From Candidatus Latescibacterota bacterium (GTDB lineage Bacteria; Latescibacterota; UBA2968): 64,000 bases of DNA. The number at the start of each line of letters is the position of its first letter. The first letter of the stretch is position 1. The stretch is from the NCBI GenBank assembly GCA_965204375.1, contig OZ241986.1, positions 2,944,001-3,008,000 of the forward strand, in the 5' to 3' direction. Below the pieces are notes generated by a model. It worked only from the letters and a program-made list of their open reading frames with translations, made no database searches and was not told where the DNA came from. Below are positions 32,310 through 42,900 of this stretch, piece after piece. Position numbers and translations under genes: made by a program.

Positions 32310-35300
32310 ATGTGTAAACGCATCACACCTCTTGCCATCATCGCTCTCGCGCTGCTGATCTGCATCCCAGCCTTTGCCCAACGCTTTTTGGGTGCGTTTT
32401 CAGGGACAGCACTTCAGGTAGATACCCAGATCGAAACGCCCGCACAAAACAACAACGCGAAAACCCTGCCCGAACAACAGGCGGGCGATACCATTCGATT
32501 TCAGCTTTTCGCACCTGCAGGTGGGGGACATTCCACCAATGGTTATACTGTGGAACTCGACCTGCCGAGCAAGACCTTTTCCAGCTATATCGGGACTGTA
32601 TCGGGTCGAAATTGGACCGGGTCAGCCCTGACCAGCACCGGCTCTGCGACATTGTCCGCGTTGCTCCTCACAGGTGGGACTGTGCCCTCGACGGGGTATT
32701 TGGGACATATTGACTTGCAGGTGACGCAGCCGCTTGAAGAAGGTGCAACTCTGATCGTCAAAAGCTTTGTGATGACCAGCGGGAATGATGTTGACCAATT
32801 GGATGTGTCCAATGCGATGATTACCTTTACTGCCACATCAGCGTGTCCTGGTGATTTTGACGACAATGGACGTGTTGATATAGCTGATTTTCTATCTTTT
32901 GTGAACGTGTTTGGTAGCAGTTCATCGGATGCTACTTACAATGCCCAGATGGACCTTGACAGCAGTGGGAGCGTTGATATAGCCGATTTTCTATCCTTTG
33001 TGAACGTGTTTGGCACTGAATGCGGTGGAACACCACCTCCGATTACCGGCAATCAGGATTCGGTATTCACACTGCCAGGAGGTGCATCGCTGGAGATGGT
33101 GTGGATAGAGCCAGGAACATTTCAGATGGGATCGCCTGACTCGGAGCAGGGGCGAGACAGTGATGAGGGACCGGTGCATAGCGTGACGATCAGTGAGGGT
33201 TTCTACTTGGGGAAGTACGAGGTGACGCAGGGGCAGTGGGAAAGTGTGATGGGGACACGTCCCTGGCAAGGTGAGAATAATGTGCGTTTGGGATCGAATT
33301 ATCCTGCGGTGTATGTATCGTGGGAGGATGTTCAGGAATTTATCCGTCGCTTGAATGGGTCGGGAGGGTCCGATGTGTACCGTTTGCCAACAGAGGCAGA
33401 GTGGGAATATGCGTGTCGGGCAGGGACAAGAACGCGCTGGTCTTTTGGTGATGATGAGAGTCAATTAGGGGATTATGCTTGGTATGGAAGAAATGCGTCG
33501 GATGTGGGAGAGCGGTATGGTCACATCGTGGGAACAAAGCGAGCGAATCCCTGGGGGTTATATGATATGCATGGCAATGTATGGGAGCGAGTGCAGGATT
33601 GGTTTGATGGTAATTATTATCGTTCTTCACCATCGGTGGATCCACAAGGTCCGGCGACGGGCTCGCGTCGCGTTGTACGGGGCGGTCACTTCAACAGCAG
33701 CCCCCAGCGTGTGCGGTCAGCGGTTCGCGTCGGCGATTTGCCCAGCTACCGCACCCCCAGTGCTGGGTTTCGGCTTGCCCTGGACATGGGTGGTGTAAAC
33801 GATGATAGAGGTGAGGGTGCGACGACTGTTGTCATCCCAGACGCCAACCTGCGTGCTGTAATCGCAGACAGCCTGGGCAAGGCGAGCGGTGAGGAGATTA
33901 CAGCCGCCGAGATGGCAACCCTAACACGCCTTGATGCGGATTCTAAGGACATTCGCGATTTGACCGGCTTGGAGTATGCAACCAACTTGGACTCTCTGAC
34001 ACTTGACTACAACGACATCTCGGATATATCTGCACTGTCTAACTTGACAAAGCTAAGAAACCTCTCTTTCACCTACAACGACATCTCGGATATATCTGCA
34101 CTGTCTAACTTGACCAACCTAGAAAGGCTGATATTTCACGTCAACAACGTCTCGGATATATCTGCTCTGTCCAACTTGACCAGTCTGGATTGGCTGGATG
34201 TTTCCCTCAACGACATCTCGGATATATCTACTCTGTCCAACTTGACCAATCTGTCATCGCTGAACTTTGGCGGCAGACGGGCCAACCCCCACAACATCTC
34301 GGATATATCTGCTCTGTCTAACTTGACAAAGCTAAGAAGGCTGGAATTTAAATACTGCAACGTCTCGGATATATCACCGTTGTCTAACTTGACAAATCTG
34401 GCAACCCTGACTTGTATCCGCAACAGCATCTCGGATATATCACCGTTGTCTAACTTGACAAATCTGACATATATATGGATTTCCAACAACAGCATCTCGG
34501 ATATATCACCGCTGTCTAACTTGACAAATCTGGGACTGCTGATCATTTACAACAACAACATCTCGAACCTTGCCCCACTGGTGGCAAATACAGGATTGGG
34601 TAACAACAACTCTGTTGACGTGCGAGGAAACCCTCTAAGTGCTCTATCACGGAACACACATATCCCCACCCTTCAAGCCAGAGGTGTCAACGTGCGGTTT
34701 GACGCCCCATCCACACCAACAACGTCAGTGAGCATCCCAGACGCCAACCTGCGTGCTGTGATCGCAGACAGCCTGGGCAAGGCGAGCGGCGAGGCGATCA
34801 CCGCCGCTGAGATGGCGACTCTTACCCGTCTTGACGCGCCGAATAAGGACATTCGCGATTTGACCGGGCTGGAATTTGCAACCAATCTGACAAGGCTGGA
34901 TTTGGGTACTGAGTTCGTGTCTGGTAGTGGGGTCGTCAACAGCAACTCAATCTCAGATTTTTCATCCCTATCCAACTTGACCAGCCTGACATGGCTGGAT
35001 ATTGGCAACACCTCCATCTCAGATGTGTCTTGGCTGTCTTCCTTGACCAATCTGGAATGGTTGACTCTTAGCTACAACTCGATCTCAGACGTGTCTGCGC
35101 TGTCTTCCTTGACCAATCTAAGATGGCTGCACCTTAGCGACAATTCGATTTCGGATGTGTCTGCACTGGTGTCTGCACTGTCTAACTTGACCAGTCTGAT
35201 AAGCCTGTCCCTTGGCGGCAATCCGATTTCTGATTTTTCACCTCTATCAAACTGGACCAGTCTAGAAAGGCTGTCTCTTATCGGCAGTTCGATTTCGGAT

Positions 35301-35825
35301 GTGTCTTGGCTGTCTTCCTTGACCAATCTGGAATGGTTGACTCTTAGCTACAACTCGATCTCAGATTTGTCTGCGCTATCAAATTTGACAAATCTGGAAA
35401 CGCTGTGGCTTCGCAGCAACAACAATATCTCGGATATCTCGGCGTTGTCTGGCTTGACCAGTCTGGAATGGCTGACTCTTGACAACAACAACATCTCAGA
35501 CCTCACACCTCTATCTGGCTTGACCAGTCTCCGGTTGCTGTATCTCGGCAACAACAGCATCTCGAACCTTGCCCCATTGGTGGCAAACACGGGATTGAGC
35601 AGCGGAGACCGAGTGGATGTGCAGCGTAACCCCTTGAGTGCGACCTCAATCAACACACACATTCCCGCGCTTCAGGCCAGAGGGGTTGAGGTAAGGTTTG
35701 GCTCATCGAAACCCACGGTTGGGGAGAACGATGATCTGAGGGATATGCCCGTTTCGAGCAGGGAAGAAGCACTGGATCGTGCAGAATGGGAGCGGGAGAT
35801 GAGAGGCAAGATTTTTGAGCGGTGA
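32310..35825 (+). CDS. Secreted multidomain protein: cohesin-like, dockerin-like, FGE-sulfatase (CLec fold), two internalin-like LRR blocks
   Basis: CPGDFDDNG..DIADFL; YRLPTEAEWEYACRAG, NPWGLYDMHGNVWE, RGG...GFR; 22-aa LRRs (ISDISALSNLTNL); LRR cap duplicated 900 bp apart (33834/34734). Confidence 0.88.
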   Translation: MCKRITPLAIIALALLICIPAFAQRFLGAFSGTALQVDTQIETPAQNNNAKTLPEQQAGDTIRFQLFAPAGGGHSTNGYTVELDLPSKTFSSYIGTVSGRNWTGSALTSTGSATLSALLLTGGTVPSTGYLGHIDLQVTQPLEEGATLIVKSFVMTSGNDVDQLDVSNAMITFTATSACPGDFDDNGRVDIADFLSFVNVFGSSSSDATYNAQMDLDSSGSVDIADFLSFVNVFGTECGGTPPPITGNQDSVFTLPGGASLEMVWIEPGTFQMGSPDSEQGRDSDEGPVHSVTISEGFYLGKYEVTQGQWESVMGTRPWQGENNVRLGSNYPAVYVSWEDVQEFIRRLNGSGGSDVYRLPTEAEWEYACRAGTRTRWSFGDDESQLGDYAWYGRNASDVGERYGHIVGTKRANPWGLYDMHGNVWERVQDWFDGNYYRSSPSVDPQGPATGSRRVVRGGHFNSSPQRVRSAVRVGDLPSYRTPSAGFRLALDMGGVNDDRGEGATTVVIPDANLRAVIADSLGKASGEEITAAEMATLTRLDADSKDIRDLTGLEYATNLDSLTLDYNDISDISALSNLTKLRNLSFTYNDISDISALSNLTNLERLIFHVNNVSDISALSNLTSLDWLDVSLNDISDISTLSNLTNLSSLNFGGRRANPHNISDISALSNLTKLRRLEFKYCNVSDISPLSNLTNLATLTCIRNSISDISPLSNLTNLTYIWISNNSISDISPLSNLTNLGLLIIYNNNISNLAPLVANTGLGNNNSVDVRGNPLSALSRNTHIPTLQARGVNVRFDAPSTPTTSVSIPDANLRAVIADSLGKASGEAITAAEMATLTRLDAPNKDIRDLTGLEFATNLTRLDLGTEFVSGSGVVNSNSISDFSSLSNLTSLTWLDIGNTSISDVSWLSSLTNLEWLTLSYNSISDVSALSSLTNLRWLHLSDNSISDVSALVSALSNLTSLISLSLGGNPISDFSPLSNWTSLERLSLIGSSISDVSWLSSLTNLEWLTLSYNSISDLSALSNLTNLETLWLRSNNNISDISALSGLTSLEWLTLDNNNISDLTPLSGLTSLRLLYLGNNSISNLAPLVANTGLSSGDRVDVQRNPLSATSINTHIPALQARGVEVRFGSSKPTVGENDDLRDMPVSSREEALDRAEWEREMRGKIFER

Positions 35826-35836
35826 GCGGGGAAAAC

Positions 35837-36133
35837 TGTCTGAATCAGGATTTACAGGATGAAAGGATGAACAGGATAAAGGCAGTGTGCTAAATTAGGG
35901 CCTTGGCAAATTCGAGACAGGGATTGCTGGTATGGTCTGGTGACAAGTCAGTGCAGGTGGGAGATGAGATTTGGGACGGGCGAGTAGTGTGGTATCCTGA
36001 ACATCCCAAAATCTTGCCCACTTGCCTGCCAGAGACAGACACACCTGTCTGCCGACCTGTCTGCGTGCAACGCATAGGCAGATGCACAGGCCCGCCTGCA
36101 GCAGCGCGGGCAGGCAGGTCCTGATTTCAGACA
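35837..36133. repeat. MITE-like element copy 1 with nested palindromic insert
   Basis: Ends TGTCTGAATCAGGA...TCCTGATTTCAGACA with periodic AGGAT/ATCCT units; CTTGCCTGCC...GGCAGGCAGG insert near the right end. Confidence 0.7.
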
Positions 36134-36336
36134 CGGGGTGGCGGGGGATACATTCACAACAGAGGCAGGGGCGAGGGCGGTCAGTTGGAAAGATAGTGAG
36201 CCTGAAGAGAAAGAATTTAATGACCGTGGAATTGGACGCGAAGGATAACGTATTGCACCTGTCTATACGCACAATTCACACATTAAGACGATGTGTATGA
36301 ATTCGGCACACCCCATATCGAATAGGAGAATGTCCG

Positions 36337-38007
36337 ATGACGAAGAAAAAAGAAACACAATGCCGCAAGCTGAGTAAATGGATTGCCGCTTTTGCCATCG
36401 CGCTTTTAATCGGCTTCTCATCTACTGCCGCATCAGCGTGTCCTGGGGATTTTGACGGTAATGGGAGCGTTAATATAGCCGATTTTCTGGCTTTTGTGAA
36501 CGTCTATGGCACCAGTTCTACGGATGCCAATTACAATGCACAGATGGATCTTGACAGTAGTGGGAGTATTGATACAGCCGATTTTCTGGCCTTTGTAAAG
36601 GTTTATGGTACTGAATGTACCCCAGCACCAAATGGTGGCGGTGATAGTTCGAATGCGATTACCCGGATGGCGTTTGAATCACACATAGGCTTGGGCTCTA
36701 TCTGGTACATTAGTGACGCTGGCTACATGGCTGTTAATCTGAAGGATAACGGCACGGTTTGGGGTGTTCCGACGCAGTACACTGATGATTCCGACATTGG
36801 CACAGTGGCCTATATGCTGCTGGCAAAATTAAAGGGATGTAACTTCGCTGATGCAGAGGCTGATCGAGAAAGTAAGGTGTACATCAAGACACAGGCATTG
36901 GGGAGATTGTCCAATTTTGTGTCTGAAAGTGTGTGCCGAAAGACGAGCAATTCGTATGGTTCCTGGCGCGGAGTTCGGATCACCCATCTGCGTTTTTTTG
37001 ATGAAAGCAGTCCCACCAATATCAGGGAGGCTGTGTACAATACCTCAACGGGTCAATATAGTGTTGTAGAATTCGAAAGAGAAGTTGTTGACTTTGAAAG
37101 TAGGGGGAGCACGCCAACGATATACATGACTCACGGTAGCGGAATCTTTCGTACAAACCTCATCGCTGTCCAGGATCTCGTCACGACGGAAAGAGGACCA
37201 AACAACATCGCCCTGGACGTAGATAGAGGCAAGATATATTGGACTTCTGGCCACAACAAGATTTGGCGTGCCGACCTCAATGGCTCCAATGTCGAAAATA
37301 TCTATAATAGCGGCATATCAGACCTCGCCCTGGACACGAGTGGCGGCAAGATATACTGGACGGCAAGAGACACGACGCACTGGACCGAAGGTCAAATCTT
37401 CCGTGCGAATCTCGATGGCTCTAATGTCCAACTTATTGCTTCCGCGTTTAAAAAAAATCCACACGAACTTGGCGGGTTAGTCGGCGCACCTCATCATATT
37501 GCTGTGGCCGGGAGCAAGATGTATTGGTTGAATCCCTTCTCTATTTATCGTGCGGATATCAATGGATTTAATGGCGAAACGCTCGTTGAGGGGGACGCGA
37601 CCCCATACATCGTATTTCAGGGTCCATTAGCAGGCTGGGGACATTCTTTCGCTTTGGACGTAGCTGGGGACAAGATGTATTGGACGGTTTATAATCCAAA
37701 GAATATAGAATATGAACCGGCCCCTTATAAGCATACTACGATTCGTCGTGCAAACCTCAATGGCTCCAATGTTGAAAACTTCATAACGAAAAAAACTGAT
37801 GGCTGGTCGGATGTTTTCGTTTGGGCCGTGGCTGGGGGTAAAGTGTACTGGACGGAGCATGGCTATCAAATCTGGCGTGCGAACCTTGATGGCACCAACG
37901 TCGAAGAGATTTTCAATTATGGAACGGTAAGCTTAAATCATTACAATACGTCCATCTATAGTCTTGCCGTGGACAGGGGTGGTGCAAGCGGTGATAGCGG
38001 CAGGTGA
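36337..38007 (+). CDS. Secreted dockerin-like + YWTD (LDL-receptor class B) beta-propeller protein
   Basis: Signal peptide, CPGDFDGNG..DFL, repeated IALD..GKIYWT..I.RANLDG. Confidence 0.85.
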   Translation: MTKKKETQCRKLSKWIAAFAIALLIGFSSTAASACPGDFDGNGSVNIADFLAFVNVYGTSSTDANYNAQMDLDSSGSIDTADFLAFVKVYGTECTPAPNGGGDSSNAITRMAFESHIGLGSIWYISDAGYMAVNLKDNGTVWGVPTQYTDDSDIGTVAYMLLAKLKGCNFADAEADRESKVYIKTQALGRLSNFVSESVCRKTSNSYGSWRGVRITHLRFFDESSPTNIREAVYNTSTGQYSVVEFEREVVDFESRGSTPTIYMTHGSGIFRTNLIAVQDLVTTERGPNNIALDVDRGKIYWTSGHNKIWRADLNGSNVENIYNSGISDLALDTSGGKIYWTARDTTHWTEGQIFRANLDGSNVQLIASAFKKNPHELGGLVGAPHHIAVAGSKMYWLNPFSIYRADINGFNGETLVEGDATPYIVFQGPLAGWGHSFALDVAGDKMYWTVYNPKNIEYEPAPYKHTTIRRANLNGSNVENFITKKTDGWSDVFVWAVAGGKVYWTEHGYQIWRANLDGTNVEEIFNYGTVSLNHYNTSIYSLAVDRGGASGDSGR

Positions 38008-38033
38008 TTGCAGGCAGTGAGTGGGGCGAAAAT

Positions 38034-38265
38034 TGTCTGAATCAGGATTTTCAGAGCCTGCACTGGAGTGGTTCTATCCAGTGATGAGAGGATGAACAGG
38101 ATAAAGGCAGTGCTCTGAAACATGGCCTTCGCAAGTTCGAAGTGGGGTGCTTTTTGCGCGGCAAAAGAGGAAAGGTAAGATGGCGGAGGGATGGGATTTA
38201 GGACAGGTGGGTTGGTGGGGCTATCCTGCCTATCCTTACATCTAGCCCATCCTGATTTTTTGACA
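38034..38265. repeat. MITE-like element copy 2
   Basis: TGTCTGAATCAGGATTT...GGATGAACAGGATAAAGGCAGTG shared with copy 1; ends ATCCTGATTTTTTGACA; carries a 28-nt hairpin insert. Confidence 0.7.
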
Positions 38266-38266
38266 G

Positions 38267-39699
38267 GGTCAAGTCCTATATTTAGTTGAAATAATCGAGG
38301 CGGTTGGTTTCAGTCAGCAGCCATTGCGTCTTGATTGTCTGTATCGAGTTTCAAGTTCTTCATAAGTGCGCGTCTGAGTCTGGGTAGGCTTTTGTAGCCT
38401 TTCACTCTTCGCAGGCGGGGTTCAATATCCAATAATGCGGTAGCTAACCAGCGCCGGCGTTGATTCGAGTTTGTCCACCGCTTCACATTCTTGGTGAGTT
38501 GTGCCACCATCGAGTTTAGCGACTCGATACAGTTGGTGGTACGGAAAGACTGCTTCAACCGTGGCATGAGTCCGAGGCGATGTAGGGCAAGGGTTTCTTC
38601 TATTCCTTCTTCAAGGCTTTTTAGTGCGTCTTCATTGATCAGTGCCAATTCGGATTTGAGGGATAAGAGCGCGGCTTTAGCTTCTTTGTAGGTGGGCAGG
38701 TCATAGGCGTGTTGGAGTGCCTTTTTGATTTCATCTTGTTTATTTTTCGGCAGATAGGACATGACATTCTCCCTTTTGTGCCATTGGCAACGTTGGATAA
38801 TCACGTAGCCATCCAATGCTTTTGTAAGGGCAGCATACAGCCCTTTTGAGCCGTCAATGATACACAGCAGACCCTTGTCATAGCTCAGGTCACGTTCTAT
38901 GAGAGAGCCTATAAACTGCCGGCAGACACGCTCGTTCTCAGTCGCAGCTTGGACAAAGCCTATGGGGATCTTCTCGCCTTCTACTGTGACGCCGAGGGCA
39001 ATGATCATCTCCTGATCTGCAAAGGTCTTCCCATCTATAAACAGGGCGACTATATCATAGGGTGCTAACGAGCGTTCTTTGAACTGCTTCAGCTTTTGTG
39101 CTGACGCCTTGATAAAGCGTCTCGATACCGTGGATGAGGACAGGCCAAAGGCTTTGGGTATCGCCTGTGCACAGGCTTGATAAGATCGTGTCGCAATGCC
39201 TTTTATCATACGCAGAAGCAGTCCTTCATCCATACGTCTGGGAACCTGGAGATGATGGTAGGTAGAAAGGGCGACTTCCTCATCCCGCTCCACATTACGC
39301 ACCCTCGGCACAGAGATAGGTACTTTTTGATCTGAAAGATACACAGACCCTTGTTGACTGCCCCACCGACGATTGGGGTTTTGAGTGTCTTTGCGGCTGT
39401 ATCTGTCCCCGGCTAAGCGGGTCACTTCGCTCTGTAATTCTTCTGCCACGGCGTCTAATCCTAACGGGATCAAGGCCTGGATCAACGCGATGCGGGTATC
39501 CCATGCGTCCAGTTCTTCTTCTCTGGATGGATCGGACGTTGCATCGTCTTTGTGGATGGCCTTGACTTTGGGGGCTTTGTGCGATACTTTTTTCATCACG
39601 GGCTCCTTTGGTTGTGGACACAGCGGTTTCTGGTGTGAATCTGCTGTATCCAATTTACATTGGAGCCTCTATTATTTCAACTAAGATAAGCACAACCTC
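38267..39699 (-). mobile_element. IS256-family insertion sequence
   Basis: Inverted core TTAGTTGAAATAATCGAGGC (38282-38301) vs GCCTCTATTATTTCAACTAA (39665-39684), 19/20 match; outer ends approximate; no TSD seen. Confidence 0.8.
38310..39596 (-). CDS. IS256-family transposase
   Basis: LFIDG, IIDGSKGL, QRCQWHK, RTTNCIESLN; start uncertain (39596 or 39653). Confidence 0.92.
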   Translation of the reverse strand: MKKVSHKAPKVKAIHKDDATSDPSREEELDAWDTRIALIQALIPLGLDAVAEELQSEVTRLAGDRYSRKDTQNPNRRWGSQQGSVYLSDQKVPISVPRVRNVERDEEVALSTYHHLQVPRRMDEGLLLRMIKGIATRSYQACAQAIPKAFGLSSSTVSRRFIKASAQKLKQFKERSLAPYDIVALFIDGKTFADQEMIIALGVTVEGEKIPIGFVQAATENERVCRQFIGSLIERDLSYDKGLLCIIDGSKGLYAALTKALDGYVIIQRCQWHKRENVMSYLPKNKQDEIKKALQHAYDLPTYKEAKAALLSLKSELALINEDALKSLEEGIEETLALHRLGLMPRLKQSFRTTNCIESLNSMVAQLTKNVKRWTNSNQRRRWLATALLDIEPRLRRVKGYKSLPRLRRALMKNLKLDTDNQDAMAAD

Positions 39700-39885
39700 G
39701 TAGCAGAAAAAGAACAGATAACCACAGGTTCTTGTGAAGGTGGAACTGCAAATGAAGGATGGGAGAGTAGCGTTCCCGAACCCGGCAAAAAAGGAGAATG
39801 GTTAATAGACTGTGACCGGAAACTTAAAGGATTTAAATTGACAATAGTAAGAGAAACACAAACAAGAATACAAAAGGGCAGATGA
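39700..39885 (+). pseudogene. Orphan 3' gene fragment starting at the IS256 end
   Basis: 61 open codons (VAEKEQITTGSCEGG...RIQKGR*) with no start, beginning exactly at the IS boundary. Confidence 0.4.
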
Positions 39886-39931
39886 TTGAGCTTGAAACAA
39901 CAGGTGAAAATAAAAGGAGGATCACAAATTG

Positions 39932-42900
39932 ATGAACCATTTTATTTTTTTATTCAAATTGTTCGCGTGTTTGTTCGCGTTGTTTTGCTTGACAGCTATC
40001 GGACACGCTTCACCACACCCATCCACAGGGCACAACAGGCATATTTGTGAAGTTCTCGATTACAAAGATATGCTGGAACGCGATAGTATCTATGCCGCGA
40101 CAAAGCACGCCCTTAATTTAAATGTGGGCGAACCCCGCACCGTGAGAATGATCTACTTCTTACCCAATGACCGCCCATTTCGTCAAGAGATGGTGGATTC
40201 AATGAAAGTTGCGATGCGCCAGATTCAGACCTTTTATGCCGAGCAGATGGCGGTACACGGCTATGGCCGCAAAACTTTCCGCTTTGAAACCGATGATCGA
40301 GGCGAGCCTGTGGTTCATCGCCTGAATGGGCAACATTCCGACAGTCACTATCTTGACAATACATTTCTTACTGTGCTTGACGAGGTTGAACAGGCGTTTG
40401 ATTGGGAAAAAAATATTTACCTCACTGTTATTGACTATAGTATAGATGTAATTGGTCGCGGTAGTTCGGTTGCAGGAGAGGCATTATTAGGAGGTGGATT
40501 TGCGTTAGTTCCTGATGAATTTCATTGGACAACAGCGGCACATGAAATTGGACATACCTTAGGAATGCACCATGATTTCAGGGATGGAACATACATCATG
40601 TCCTATGGCCCTGGAGAAAATCGGTTATCTATGTGCCATGCCGAATTTTTGGCCGTGCATCCCTATTTTAATACCGACAGCGAATATAAGGACACACCTT
40701 CACCAAAAATAGACCTCATCTCGCCGCCTACATATCCAACAGGCGCAACAAATGTCACTTTTCAACTCAAAGTCAGCGATCCAGATGGACTTCATCAGGT
40801 GATCCTATTCGTTGGAACAGAATCTGACGTGAAAGCATGTCGCGGATTATCAGGCGAAAGAGATGCCATTGTGGAATTTGATTATGATGGCGTTATTCCA
40901 TCTCCTGATGATCCTCAGGGCACGGGTACGAGTCTTTCCGATCTTCTCATTCATCCGATTTATGTTGAGGCTGTTGATTCTTTCGGGAATGTTGCCCAAG
41001 CCGATTTTGTTTTGGCAGATGTTTCTACACAACAACAATATATCGCCACGCTTACGGGGCATACGAATCGGGTCAATTCTGTGGCATTTTCACCTGATGG
41101 AACAACGCTGGCTTCAGGGTCAAATGATCGAACAGTCAGACTATGGAATGTTGCTACGCAAAGAGAAATTACGACCCTTACAGGACATACGGATTGGGTC
41201 AATTCTATGGCGTTTTCACCCGACGGCAAAATCCTTGCTTCAGGATCAGATGATCAAACAGTCAGGCTGTGGGACGTTGCCACGCAAAGAGAAATTACGA
41301 CCCTTACAGGACATATAGGTTGGGTCAATTCTGTGGCATTTTCTCCCGATGGGGAAATCCTCGCTTCAGGGTCAAATGATCGAACAGTCAGACTATGGAA
41401 TGTTGCCACGCAAAGAGAAATTACGACCCTTACAGGACATATAGGTTGGGTCAATTCTGTGGCATTTTCTCCCGATGGGAAAATTCTCGCTTCGGGGTCA
41501 GATGATCAAACGGTCAAGCTATGGAATGTTGCCACGCAAAGAGAAATTACGACCCTTATGGAGCATTTGAATGTAGTCAGTTCTGTTGCGTTCTCTCCAG
41601 ATGGTTCAACGCTGGCTTCAGGGGCGGTGAGCTGGGAGGCGGTCAGGCTGTGGGATGTTGCTACGCGAACAAATACTGCCACGCTTTCGGAACATACGGA
41701 TTGGGTCAATTCTGTGGCATTTTCTCCCGATGGAAAAACACTCGCTTCGGGGTCAGATGATCAAACGGTCAAGCTATGGAATGTTGAAACAGGACGTAAT
41801 GTTGCTACCTTTTTTAAGCATACAGGTGTGGTCCAGTCTGTTGCGTTCTCGCCCGATGGTAGCACACTTGCCAGTGGGAATGAGGATGGCTCAGTTTTGC
41901 TGTGGGATTCTTCTGAAGTACTGTTATCCTATCCGACGCAACTTGTGAAAATTTCAGGCGATGGGCAAGAAGGGGTACTTGGTGCTGCGTTGCCAAATCC
42001 TCTGATCGTCGAGGTGAGAGGTACGTACGATCAGGTACTTGCAGGTGTTCAGGTCATGTTTACTGTCACCACAGGGGACGGGAAGCTCAATGTGGAGACC
42101 ACGATGACCGATGCCACCGGGCGGGTGGAAAGCATGCTGACACTGGGGAGCGATCCGGGGACAACCATTGTTGAAGTAACAGTTCCCGGACTTGAGCCTG
42201 TAATTTTTGTCAGTGCGGCCTTGGCAATGGCGGATATTTCTACACAACATATCGTCACGTTTGTCGGGCATACGGATAATGTCAATTCTGTTGTGTTCTC
42301 ACCCTATGGCACAATACTCGCGTCGGGATCATTAGAGGGTGCGGTTAAGTTGTGGGATGTTGAGACTCAAGAAAATATCGCCACGCTTGAGGCTTATCCG
42401 GTCACTTCAGTAGCATTCTCTCCCGATGGGACAATACTCGCGTCGGGTTCAGGTGACTTCTCTGAATTTTCTCCCAATAGCAGAAGCTTCTTTGTACCCT
42501 CGTCAGGAAATGCGATCAAGTTGTGGGATGTTGAGACAAAAAAAAATATCGCTACCATTGAAGTGCGGACTTCTCCGATCACTTCAATTGCGTTCTCTCC
42601 CGATGGGACAATACTCGCGTCGGGTTCAATAAAGGGTAAGGGTATAGTCGCTTTATGGGATGTTGAGACGAAAAAAAATATCGCTACTATTGGGGAGAAT
42701 ACTTCTCTGCTGGTCACTTCAATTGCGTTCTCGCCTGATGGTAGGATGCTCGCGTCGGGATCAGAGGATAACACAGTCGTGTTGTGGGATGTTGCAACGC
42801 GGAGAAGTCTCGCTACGCTTGAAGGACATACTGTGGCATTTTCGCCTGATGGTAGGATGCTCGCGTCGGGATCAGTATTATTCGGTACAGTCCATTTGTG

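Noticed and set aside
33980-35560. 66-bp repeat with variable inserts as a CRISPR array
   Set aside because: The period equals 22-aa LRR coding units within one ORF.
36220-36300. MTVELDAKDNVLHLSI... as a DUF2283-like antitoxin remnant
   Set aside because: The resemblance is too short and weak to call.
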